This document shows positions 21,221 through 29,298 of a stretch of 32,000 bases of DNA, piece after piece (within the stretch, counting starts at the first letter, position 1; every line of letters starts with the position of its first letter). The stretch lies in the NCBI RefSeq assembly GCF_000007225.1, contig NC_003364.1:150001-182000 (forward strand). The letters are read 5' to 3'. The stretch comes from Pyrobaculum aerophilum str. IM2 (lineage in GTDB: Archaea > Thermoproteota > Thermoprotei > Thermoproteales > Thermoproteaceae). Position numbers and translations under genes: made by a program. A model generated the notes under the pieces. The model did not search any database, was not told the origin of the DNA, and saw only the letters and a program-made list of their open reading frames with translations.

Positions 21221-21629
21221 CTCGTAGAGAAGGGATCTACGTCTTTATCCACCTCTACTATCGCTGCGTCGTAAATTCTAATTTTCCTCCCTTCCCTCTT
21301 AGCCAGTTCTAAAAGCGAGTTGTCAATTTTTAAAATAACCCTGTTGTGAAAAGCCAAGTCCCTCTCCTCCGGCGCAGGGCTTGGCTGTGGCGCCTCCTCT
21401 AACTTTGCAAAACTTTCAACGCCCTTTTCCCCAACTCAGTGAGTTCGTAAAACCCCCTCTCGTTCTTCTCCACAAGCCCGGCTAGTTTTTTCAAGTGAAA
21501 CGCCAAAGTGGGGCTGTCCACCCCCAACTCCTCCATCAACTCGCTGTACATCCTTGGCCTCTCCGCCAACAACCGCAGAGCTCTCCTCCCGAGGGGGTGA
21601 GATAGCGCTTCGAAAACCCTATCGGATTC
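21221..21629 (-). pseudogene. Frame-broken upstream portion: ArsR-type winged-HTH segment plus linker segment, apparently once fused to the beta-helix ORF
   Basis: My translation of frame A (21402-21629) is ESDRVFEALSHPLGRRALRLLAERPRMYSELMEELGVDSPTLAFHLKKLAGLVEKNERGFYELTELGKRALKVLQS*. This is a classic ArsR/wHTH, but there is no start codon after the upstream TGA. Frame B continues ..EEAPQPSPAPEERDLAFHNRVILKIDNSLLELAKREGRKIRIYDAAIVEVDKDVDP.. up to the 254-aa ORF in frame C. The frame changes coincide with GGGGAAAAGGG (21421-21432) and a CCC at ~21231-21240. Confidence 0.45.
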
Positions 21630-21765
21630 TCAAGAACAACTCTCAAAATAAATTAATTTGTGAAGTCGAGTTAATAAAAGCCGTTCAATGCGGCGAGGAA
21701 ATGTAAATTCAAATTTACTCACTGCCAGCATTCCTTTACACCGGTTAATACAAACCACATTGCTA

Positions 21766-22128
21766 TTTACAACAAATACAGCTCTGCCTCTTTTAACACT
21801 CCCCTCACTGGGTCGACTTCTAGGCCGAAGATTTCCAACGTCGTAACTCCTATGACAACGGCGTCTTCCGCCTCGCCAAAAATCACCGGGACAGTCCTCC
21901 TCTCGCCCATTAACTCAAGCCCTACTTCGCCTACATCCCGCTCCACATAGCCTCCAAAAGCCTTAGCCCTTTAATCGGCTGAACTACTAAAGCCTCTAGG
22001 ATATCTCTCCTCACTACTGAGTAAATAGCCCCGGCGTCTACAACAGCTTCTGTCTCTACCGTCCTCTCAGGCGCCTTGGGGTTGAATACGCCCACTCTGA
22101 CCTTTAAAATTCCCATGGCAATAGTCAT
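21766..22128 (-). pseudogene. Retropepsin-like (clan AA) aspartyl protease gene interrupted by a single frameshift
   Basis: The 65-aa ORF (21931-22128) gives MTIAMGILKVRVGVFNPKAPERTVETEAVVDAGAIYSVV.., where VDAGA is the D-T/S/A-G-A active-site loop. The remainder, ..FGGYVERDVGEVGLELMGERRTVPVIFGEAEDAVVIGVTTLEIFGLEVDPVRGVLKEAELYLL*, reads on in another frame to the stop at 21766-21768. The switch must lie in 21934-21972, which contains the run AAAA (21955-21958). Confidence 0.65.
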
Positions 22129-22150
22129 ATTTTAGACTTATATCTCTCAC

Positions 22151-23206
22151 GTGAGATTTAAGGCGCGTTACGTGCTCGCGGGAGAGCTGGAGGTTGTGGA
22201 AAACGGTGTGGTCGAGGTGGACGACTCGGGCGTGGTCGTGGGGGTTGGGAAATATACTGGCGGAGTCGCGGCCGATTTGGGAAACGTAGTATTAATGCCC
22301 CAGCTCGTCAACGCGCACGTCCACGTCCTCGACGCCGCAATTATTGACAGAGACGATTTGTATATCGACGACCTAGTGGGGTGGCCTCACGGGGTGAAAT
22401 ACCACGTGGTTAAGGGGTTGGTTAGGAGGGGGAGGCACGTCCCCCTCTTAAAGAAAGTGGCCCAGAGGATGAGGAGCTACGGCGTGGGTTGTGCCGTGAT
22501 ATACGCCGAGTATGCAGCTAGAGACGTGGAGGAGGTCTTTAGGCAGTACGGCATAGAGGCGGTTGTCTTCCAAGAGGCACACGGGGACTTCCCCAATTAT
22601 CCCAACGTACAAGTGGCGTCTCCCTTGGATCACCCCGTTGAATACCTCAAAGAGCTCAGGAGGAGGTATAGGCTAGTGTCGACGCACGTCTCGGAGACTA
22701 GCGACTGTCACGAGGGAGGCGACTTGGAGCTCGCCCTCAAGGCGCTGGATGCAGACGTCTTAGTCCACTTAGTACACGTCACGGAGGAGGAAATAGCCCA
22801 GATACCGCCTCACAAGGCGGTGGTGGTGAACCCGCGGGCCAACGCCTATTTCGTCGGGAGGATCGCGCCGGTGCACAAGTTGCTACACCTCAAGCCGCTT
22901 CTGGGCACTGACAACGTCTTTATGAACGAGCCAGACCCGTGGGCGGAGATGAAGTTCTTACACGCCTATTCCTCCGCCGCGGGGTGGGCGCTGGGAGAGA
23001 GGGAAATACTCTCCATGGCCACAGTGTGGGCTTGGGAAAAACTCAGATGTTCGCCCCCAATAGAGCCGGGAAAACCGCTGAGGGGGCTGGCGGTGGCGGC
23101 TCCGTATACGGGCAATAAAGTATTAAAGTTCTTAGTCAAGAGGACCTCCCACCGAGACGTCATAGCCTTCATCGAGGGCGGGAGGCTACTCCAAGCATGG
23201 CACTGA
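22151..23206 (+). CDS. Amidohydrolase-superfamily metallohydrolase (chlorohydrolase/deaminase-like)
   Basis: The 351-aa ORF has the metal ligand pattern LVNAHVHVLDA (HxH), then STHVSE, VHLVH and LLGTDN (Asp). The order is typical of Amidohydro_1 enzymes. It is shorter than typical MTA/SAH or guanine deaminases. Confidence 0.7.
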   Translation: MRFKARYVLAGELEVVENGVVEVDDSGVVVGVGKYTGGVAADLGNVVLMPQLVNAHVHVLDAAIIDRDDLYIDDLVGWPHGVKYHVVKGLVRRGRHVPLLKKVAQRMRSYGVGCAVIYAEYAARDVEEVFRQYGIEAVVFQEAHGDFPNYPNVQVASPLDHPVEYLKELRRRYRLVSTHVSETSDCHEGGDLELALKALDADVLVHLVHVTEEEIAQIPPHKAVVVNPRANAYFVGRIAPVHKLLHLKPLLGTDNVFMNEPDPWAEMKFLHAYSSAAGWALGEREILSMATVWAWEKLRCSPPIEPGKPLRGLAVAAPYTGNKVLKFLVKRTSHRDVIAFIEGGRLLQAWH

Positions 23207-23485
23207 ATATGCCGGCGTACACCTTTTATTAGGATACGCCGTTCTTATTGTCAAACAGTCGGGCTTTTTCAAAACTACAACTGTTATGGTGGCTTTAAAT
23301 ACGCCGCACTTCACCTCTACACACCCCACGTATCTATCTGGGCGAGGCCGAGTTGAAATACCGCGCGGGCGACGTCTCGTGAGAAAACTTTTCTTAGTAA
23401 AGCCTCTGAGACGTCTGGGATCAGGAGTAGCTCTATCTGGAAGTAATTCTTTAGGTGCTCAAGATGCCCCCGCTCTTTATCCCCA

Positions 23486-23884
23486 TCAACGCTGAAGTTG
23501 CATTCTAATTCCATGAGTCCATACGACGTTTACACAAGGCGCGCCGTCGACGTCAGAAGATGTTTCAGAAGCATAAACTCTTATTTCTATGTAAACTTCC
23601 AAACGAAGCGACTCTAATTCTACGCTTAGGTACCCATAATTAGTATTGATAAATTCTACAGGCACCATCTGAGTATTGGGCGAGCATAAATACGCCTTGT
23701 AAAGCCGCCTTTCAGGCTCTACCTCCACCTTGCCCGCCACGTCCACTCTGTACCCGTGACCCACTTCATATACTGTAACGTCCATGGGCACCACTTTCGC
23801 CGTCACTTTTCCAAAATTCGCCAACTTAAACTCAACCACTGTAGGCCGCGTCTCTCTCACTACACTGTTTAATTTTTTTACCAT
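23486..23884 (-). CDS. Hypothetical protein (132 aa)
   Basis: The ORF is coupled to the upstream 97-aa ORF by a 7-nt overlap. Its composition is beta-rich. An A7 run lies in codons 2-5 (ATGGTAAAAAAATTA). No family recognised. Confidence 0.45.
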   Translation of the reverse strand: MVKKLNSVVRETRPTVVEFKLANFGKVTAKVVPMDVTVYEVGHGYRVDVAGKVEVEPERRLYKAYLCSPNTQMVPVEFINTNYGYLSVELESLRLEVYIEIRVYASETSSDVDGAPCVNVVWTHGIRMQLQR

Positions 23885-24171
23885 GTAGCCCTTGATAATA
23901 TCCTCCTCGCCACTTCCCTCTCTAAGAAATAGTAATCTAGAAATTCTATTTCCACATTTTGAATCCTACCGCTTGGGTCCATGCCAATGACAACCTCAGC
24001 TATTCCCGTTACGATCTCCTCATAGGGACCCTCAGCCTTCCGGATTATCAACATGTCGTCAAAAGCCTTAACTTGCACTGCGGCTGGGACAGGCAAGGAC
24101 GCAACCGGGGCATAGTTGCTAGTCACGTGATAAAGAGATTCTGCAGACCTCGAAATTGAGGATGAGCTCAA
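23878..24171 (-). CDS. Hypothetical protein (97 aa), weakly DUF2283-like
   Basis: The segment DDMLIIRKAEGPYEEIV..VVIGMDPSGRIQNVEIEF resembles the DUF2283 pattern (D.L.I......E....v..D.d..G.i.giEI). This is a low-confidence family call. Confidence 0.4.
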   Translation of the reverse strand: MSSSSISRSAESLYHVTSNYAPVASLPVPAAVQVKAFDDMLIIRKAEGPYEEIVTGIAEVVIGMDPSGRIQNVEIEFLDYYFLEREVARRILSRATW

Positions 24172-24244
24172 TCGCCATGGGCAGATATGGACCTCTCTTA
24201 AATAATTTTAGGGCGTTCTGCTGATCCCGTCTCTACCGCTCTTG

Positions 24245-24427
24245 TTATGAGAATTTTTTAAGCAGTAGGGGGGCCGTTGCCCCTACTACTACTGCGGCTG
24301 AGGAGACGGCGAGATCTCTGGCGAATATCACGGGGTCTGTTGACGGCGATGATAAGGCGCTTATTAACGTCAACGCCCCGAGAATTAAAGACACGGCGCT
24401 TAATACATATACAATGGCCCTTTTCAT
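24245..24427 (-). CDS. Small membrane protein (60 aa, two hydrophobic segments)
   Basis: The translation is MKRAIVYVLSAVSLILGALTLISALS...VSSAAVVVGATAPLLLKKFS. There is no homology evidence. Confidence 0.35.
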   Translation of the reverse strand: MKRAIVYVLSAVSLILGALTLISALSSPSTDPVIFARDLAVSSAAVVVGATAPLLLKKFS

Positions 24428-24483
24428 ATGTGTCTCCTATTCCTCATATTTAAGTGTTTCCCCGCTGGGGCGGTTAATACATC

Positions 24484-25128
24484 TCATTGAGTAGCTTGTG
24501 CCTTGTCTGCCCCGCATTGATTGGAGAGGTATAAGCGTTCTAGCGATTTCTCAGCTCTATCGCTGGCGAAGTACAGCAGTATGAGAAAAACTATTCCCAA
24601 GATCCCGCTCACAAGAGGCCAGAAGGATAGAAATGCTGACAGCACCCCCACCCAAGCCACTCCTGCGAAAAGGCTTTCGCCTGAGTCCTCTTCAAGTGCG
24701 CTCCACACTTTGTACCAAAAGACGGCATATACCAATCCCAGCAGCCAGCCCACAAATGTCAGCAGTAATTGCAGAGCCGGGTCTCCTCCAGGCGGCGGCG
24801 CCGCTGTCTGAGACGCTATTAACGAGAGGATGTAGACGGCGGCTCCTGTCATGACAATAGGAACTGCAACCATTCCGAAAAAGAGGAGGTACGTGGCGTA
24901 TTTATACTCAGAGTGTTGGAAATTTCTGTGGATTATTTTAAAGGACCGCCAGATCAAGTACTGTGGGTATACAGTGGCAAGCCCGAGGGCGGCGAGCCAT
25001 ACTGCGAAGCCCACAGGGGAAAATATAGCCCCCATCCCGAACAACACCCCCAGTATCAACACCAAAAAGCCAAACACAACCCCCTTTTTCATCAGCTCAT
25101 AAGCGTCGGCTAGCTCTAGGCGGTTCAC
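24484..25128 (-). CDS. Polytopic membrane protein (hypothetical)
   Basis: 214-aa ORF with 5-6 hydrophobic helices. The four overlapping plus-strand ORFs (24521-25113) are compositionally biased shadows. Confidence 0.6.
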   Translation of the reverse strand: MNRLELADAYELMKKGVVFGFLVLILGVLFGMGAIFSPVGFAVWLAALGLATVYPQYLIWRSFKIIHRNFQHSEYKYATYLLFFGMVAVPIVMTGAAVYILSLIASQTAAPPPGGDPALQLLLTFVGWLLGLVYAVFWYKVWSALEEDSGESLFAGVAWVGVLSAFLSFWPLVSGILGIVFLILLYFASDRAEKSLERLYLSNQCGADKAQATQ

Positions 25129-25596
25129 AGAAGTTGAGTCGACAACGCCTTTAAAACATTACTACCGCGACGTCTCGTCAACCGCTCAACACGGCGTTCC
25201 TAAACCCCCTTGCCGCGCCCCATATCCAGAGGAGTAGGGGCAAAGAACTGTAAATACGGTGCGAATGGCAGTATCACTGCCACTTCTCAAGGGCAATCAG
25301 TCTTCACCTCTCACTTTTTGCTATTATTAAGGCAAGGGGAGTGTAGTATGACTTAGCGCGTATTGAAAAATAGTCCCCCAGCCTTACGACATTAACACGT
25401 ATACGGCGGCGGGGCTCTTATCAACCACGTTACGCCGGACATGCCTGCGCCCTCACTTTAGGCGCTCTGAGTATTATAATTAGCACAAGTAAGACGGCGA
25501 GGGCCGTTGACCAAAGCAGTTTGATTGTGCCCAGCGCTGAGTAGGGGTTTATAAGTATCGAAAAGCTTATTATCCCTTATCGAGTTTTTAATAAGC

Positions 25597-26487
25597 GTGA
25601 TTGTTTGTGAAATGTTGGGTAGGCGCTATGGGGACTTTTGGGCGTTAAAAGGCGTGTCTTTTGAAGTGGGGCGAGGGATTGTATTGGGCGTGCTGGGGCC
25701 TAACGGCGCGGGCAAGACTACTTTAGTGAAGATCCTCACCACGGAGCTTATGCCGTCGGAGGGCCGCGCCGTGGTGGCCGGCTTTGACGTTGTGTCTGAG
25801 GCGGAGAGGGTGAGGCGAGTCATCGCCGCTGTGCCGCAGGAGAGCAGGCCCATTGACTTCTTAACGCCTTATGAATTCGTGCTGAGCTACCTCCTCCTCC
25901 GCGGCTACTCCCTGCGTGAGGCTAAGAGGAGGACTTTAGAGGTTTTGAAAGAATTTGGGCTGTGGGAAGTTAGGAGTAGGGAGGTAGACGCCTTATCCGG
26001 GGGGATGAAAAGGCGGGTTTTAATAGCGTCTATACTTGCGGCAGATGCCGACGTTGTTTTCCTCGACGAGCCCACCACAGGTCTTGACGTTTACTCACGG
26101 AGGCTTGTCTGGAACGCCGTCTCTGAGCTGAAGAAAAGGGGCGTCACCGTGTTGCTCACTACTCACTACGTGGAGGAGGTCGCCGCTCTAAGCGACGTGA
26201 TTTTAGTCCTCAACAGGGGGAGGGTTGTGGACTTCGCCCCTCCCGAGAGGCTTGTGGAAAAAGTGCCGGGCAAATACGTGGTGGAGGTCTACGGCGCCGA
26301 CGGAGTCAAAGTCCAAGGCGTCTCCTCTTTGGAAATCGGCGACAGAAGGCTTTATTATGTCAATGAAGCGCCAAAAGTGGCTGAAATTTCAAGAGACGGG
26401 AGTAAAGTGGTGGTGAGGCAGAAATCCCTTGAAGACTACGTGCTTCTCACAATAGGGCGTTTAGGGGAGGAATATGAAGATAATTAG
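25597..26487 (+). CDS. ABC transporter ATP-binding protein (ABC-2/drug-exporter type)
   Basis: It has Walker A GPNGAGKTT, the ABC signature LSGGMKRR, Walker B VVFLDEPTTGLD and the H-loop TTHY. The GTG start at 25597 is plausible. Confidence 0.9.
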   Translation: MIVCEMLGRRYGDFWALKGVSFEVGRGIVLGVLGPNGAGKTTLVKILTTELMPSEGRAVVAGFDVVSEAERVRRVIAAVPQESRPIDFLTPYEFVLSYLLLRGYSLREAKRRTLEVLKEFGLWEVRSREVDALSGGMKRRVLIASILAADADVVFLDEPTTGLDVYSRRLVWNAVSELKKRGVTVLLTTHYVEEVAALSDVILVLNRGRVVDFAPPERLVEKVPGKYVVEVYGADGVKVQGVSSLEIGDRRLYYVNEAPKVAEISRDGSKVVVRQKSLEDYVLLTIGRLGEEYEDN

Positions 26488-27199
26488 AGACGCCTTAATT
26501 ATCGCTTGGATAAACGGGTGGATTGCCGCCACGCGCGGGTGGATTTGGGTTGTGGCTAGCTCAGTGAGCCCAGTCTCTTTCTTAATAATTCTCGCAATTT
26601 ACGGCGGCCTGGATGGGCTTAAATGGGGCCTTGTCGGGGGTTTTATCTGGACAATAGCCTCTAACGGCATTTCCTTAATAGGCGACGCCACTTATTACCG
26701 CCTGGGGATTAAGTATCAAAGCATGTTGACCGCGGCGCCGGTAAGCCCAGCGGGATACGCCCTCGGGCTAGCCCTGAGCTCTTTCATATTCGCCCTGCCC
26801 ACTCTCGGGGTTTATCTGGCCATATTGCTATGGGTAGGAGTTCAATTCTTAACGCCGCTAACGCTGTATGCGCTAAGCGCCTTGTGGCTGGCCTCGGCGG
26901 GTATAGGGTTCACCCTATCCAGTTTTATAAAACATATGCGCTACGCCTGGGCCCTGCCGCAGATACTCTCCGCTGTGTTTACAGTGGGGGCCCCCGTCTA
27001 CTACCCGGCAACTGCCTTCCCCACCCCCTACTTAGGCGTTTTACTGCCCACAGGGGCCTCCGCCGTGTTGATACAACACTCCACGGGCCTCCACCCCTAC
27101 CCCCAGACGTTGTTAATATCAGCCGCGGCGGCTTTAGCCCTACAGAGCGTCGCCGGGCTTTACTTCCTCTTTAAACTCGCCAGGTGGAGACATCCCTAG
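26474..27199 (+). CDS. ABC-2 type transporter permease
   Basis: 241-aa protein with six hydrophobic segments. It overlaps the ATPase gene by 14 nt, the typical arrangement of ABC-2 exporter pairs. Confidence 0.75.
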   Translation: MKIIRDALIIAWINGWIAATRGWIWVVASSVSPVSFLIILAIYGGLDGLKWGLVGGFIWTIASNGISLIGDATYYRLGIKYQSMLTAAPVSPAGYALGLALSSFIFALPTLGVYLAILLWVGVQFLTPLTLYALSALWLASAGIGFTLSSFIKHMRYAWALPQILSAVFTVGAPVYYPATAFPTPYLGVLLPTGASAVLIQHSTGLHPYPQTLLISAAAALALQSVAGLYFLFKLARWRHP

Positions 27200-27306
27200 A
27201 CGCCGGCTTTCCCGCGGCTTCAAGGCGAACTCGCCGAGGGTATTGCCGACATCTCGGGCAACCCTCTAGAGCCTTTGGCGGCTCAAAACCTCGGGCGGCA
27301 AGCGTA

Positions 27307-27636
27307 TTAAATGTAGAGGGGCTGGACGCCGCCTGACTCTGCCACTACCTCCACTTCAACGCCGATGTAATAAGATTTAACAGTTACTTTGACGTAAGGG
27401 GGATTGACTGCCGCCTTAATTTTCTCCATAATGTCCACGGCTAGTTCTTCGTGTAGTATCTCCCTGCCCCGGTAGCTATCCACTATTTTCTTAAACTCCT
27501 CAATGGCGAGCGCGGCGCCGCGGGGGATGTACTCCACGGTCACTTCAAAACTGTCAACTGTTTTACTAATGGGGCACACCGACTCGCCCCTGGTCTTCAG
27601 CCTTACGAGCTGGGGGTTTTTAGACAGTTTGAGCAT
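27307..27636 (-). CDS. queF-L: QueF-like T-fold protein (crenarchaeal archaeosine-pathway QueF-L / preQ0-acting enzyme family)
   Basis: The segment GESVCPISKTVDSFEVTVEYIPRGAALAIEEFKKIVDSYRGREILHEELAVDI parallels the unimodular QueF pattern ..CP.TGQPD...i.Y.P....ES.K.Y..SFR.....HE... The ~110-aa size fits the QueF-like proteins described for Pyrobaculum. The ORF track starts at GTG 27648, but that codon abuts the TATA box, so ATG 27636 (MLKLSKNPQ..) is preferred. Confidence 0.8.
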   Translation of the reverse strand: MLKLSKNPQLVRLKTRGESVCPISKTVDSFEVTVEYIPRGAALAIEEFKKIVDSYRGREILHEELAVDIMEKIKAAVNPPYVKVTVKSYYIGVEVEVVAESGGVQPLYI

Positions 27637-27649
27637 GGCCGCCCCCACC

Positions 27650-27662
27650 TATATTTATTTAA
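27650..27662. promoter_or_regulatory. Shared bidirectional TATA element between QueF-like and the GH13 gene
   Basis: TATATTTATTTAA is centred ~20 nt from ATG 27636 on the minus strand and ~21 nt from GTG 27677 on the plus strand. It is the only AT-rich element in the 40-bp spacer. Confidence 0.5.
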
Positions 27663-27676
27663 GAGTTCTATCCACA

Positions 27677-29293
27677 GTGGCCTGCCGCCTTGAGAGGTGG
27701 AGGGAGGATCCCTACTACGGGAAAGTCGCCGTGGTACATGCGGGAAACGGCTATGTCGTGGGGGATTTCACAGGTTGGCTCCCCGGCGCCTTCAAGGGCC
27801 GCGTCGACTTGCCGCCTGGGCTTTATTACATTTCGGATAAAAACGAGGCGTGTGCGGTGGAGCCCCCGGAATACCCGTGGCACTTCCCCGTGCCCTATAT
27901 GGCGGCGGATTGGGGCGACGTGGTGGAGTTGCGGATATACGCGCCCGAGCCGCCTGAGGTAGCCGGAGGGGATGTGGTGGAGTTGCTCAGAGGCGATATC
28001 TACAATATCTACCTCGGGGTTTCTAAAAGGCGTAGGTACCAAATTCGCTGTTGTGGCAGAGTTTTGCAATTCAAGTCGCCGCCGCGCCCCAGGGGGCCTG
28101 GCATATTCGCCATGTACGAAGTGCTCCCTGACCGAGCCGCCGACAGAACTCGTTGCAAAGACTTAAAGCGCGATTTTTGCGGAGGGACTTTAAAAGACGC
28201 GGCGCAATTGGCAATAGACGCCTCTAGCTTCGCAGATGCGTTGTACTTACACCCGATTTACCCCGCGATGAGTTATCACAGATACGACGTTGTGGACCAC
28301 TTTCAAGTGGACGAAAGACTCGGCGGGTGGGACTCATTCCGCGCGCTGAGAGAGGCGTTGAAAAATAGTGGGATGGGGCTGATCCTAGACGTAGTGTTGT
28401 ACCACGTCGGCTTGCGCAACTCCATATTCCCCGACGGCCCTTTTATTATCAGAGATCTTGAGTTTGCAAAGCTTATTAAAGCCCTATCGGAGAGACTCCC
28501 CAAATACGCCTTGTCGCAACTCCTCGCCGGCGAGCCGCCTTATGAGACTTTCCTCAAGGCGTGGCTAATGCCGAGACTTGACTACGGCAATAAAGCGGCT
28601 GTCGAATACGCCAGGAGAGTAATAGAGCACTGGACTCCTCACGTCGACGGGTTTAGACTGGACGTAGCCCATGGAATTCCGCCTGAGGTGTGGGCGGAAG
28701 TTCTCGCCCCCGCCTCCGCTCTTTACGTCTTGGGCGAACACGTTGGCAACCCAGCGCCTTTTTACAAAGCCATTAAGGGCTTTACGGCATATATCCTCTA
28801 CCGAGAGTTGATCCAGCGGCTCGCGGGAGACGTTGAGAATTTAGTAAGGGGGGTGAACAAATATATTGCGCTGACTCCGCCCCACGCGCTGCCTTACATG
28901 AACACTTTTTTAGAAAACCACGATACAGATAGGGCCGCCACGTTGCTAGGCGGCTTAGAGCCCCTCTTTAAAGGCTATGCGCTTCTCTACTCACTCCCGG
29001 GCGTGCCCTCTATTTACGCCGGAGGGGAGTGCGGAGAGCCCGGCAAGTCGGCGGATCACACAAACCGCAAGCCCTACCGGCCATGCCCCGGCCATCCCAT
29101 CGCCCGGGCTCTCACACAGTTATACAGGGCCAGAAGGCTGTACGGCCTCTGGAGGGGGCCCGCATGGGCTGTCGCCAAAAGGGGAGAGGTAGTGGTAATG
29201 GGCAGAGGCGTCAAGGCGGAGATAGGCGCAAAGAGGGCAGTTATAAGTGATACTGAAAAAACCACTGAAATTATTTTTATGAGCTCTTTGTAA
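27677..29293 (+). CDS. Glycoside hydrolase family 13 (alpha-amylase superfamily) enzyme with an N-terminal E-set/CBM48-like domain
   Basis: The four GH13 regions are present: LILDVVLYHVG (I), GFRLDVAHGIP (II, nucleophile Asp), VLGEHVG (III, Glu) and FLENHDTDR (IV). The N-terminal VVGDFTGW resembles the GDFN.W of branching/debranching enzymes. The ORF track's start at 27503 would overlap QueF-like by 146 nt and run through the TATA box, so GTG 27677 is preferred. Confidence 0.85.
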   Translation: MACRLERWREDPYYGKVAVVHAGNGYVVGDFTGWLPGAFKGRVDLPPGLYYISDKNEACAVEPPEYPWHFPVPYMAADWGDVVELRIYAPEPPEVAGGDVVELLRGDIYNIYLGVSKRRRYQIRCCGRVLQFKSPPRPRGPGIFAMYEVLPDRAADRTRCKDLKRDFCGGTLKDAAQLAIDASSFADALYLHPIYPAMSYHRYDVVDHFQVDERLGGWDSFRALREALKNSGMGLILDVVLYHVGLRNSIFPDGPFIIRDLEFAKLIKALSERLPKYALSQLLAGEPPYETFLKAWLMPRLDYGNKAAVEYARRVIEHWTPHVDGFRLDVAHGIPPEVWAEVLAPASALYVLGEHVGNPAPFYKAIKGFTAYILYRELIQRLAGDVENLVRGVNKYIALTPPHALPYMNTFLENHDTDRAATLLGGLEPLFKGYALLYSLPGVPSIYAGGECGEPGKSADHTNRKPYRPCPGHPIARALTQLYRARRLYGLWRGPAWAVAKRGEVVVMGRGVKAEIGAKRAVISDTEKTTEIIFMSSL

Positions 29294-29298
29294 TTGTC

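Noticed and set aside
23207-23514. ORFs 23286-23495(+) and 23317-23514(-) in the gap after the amidohydrolase gene
   Set aside because: Both are about 65-69 aa, mutually antisense and without recognisable motifs. The minus-strand one overlaps the 3' end of the 132-aa gene by 29 nt. There is not enough evidence to call either, although a decayed gene fragment cannot be excluded.
24521-25113. Four plus-strand ORFs overlapping the 214-aa membrane-protein gene
   Set aside because: They are off-frame or antisense products, Pro/Ser/Thr/Lys-rich, without starts in a sensible context. The minus-strand ORF has coherent TM helices.
27503-27676. N-terminal 58 codons of the 596-aa ORF-track version of the GH13 gene
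   Set aside because: The extension would run antisense through almost half of the QueF-like gene and across the only TATA-like element. The encoded sequence (MASAAPRGMYSTVTSKLSTV..) is shadow-like. GTG 27677, ~21 nt downstream of the TATA box, fits a leaderless start.
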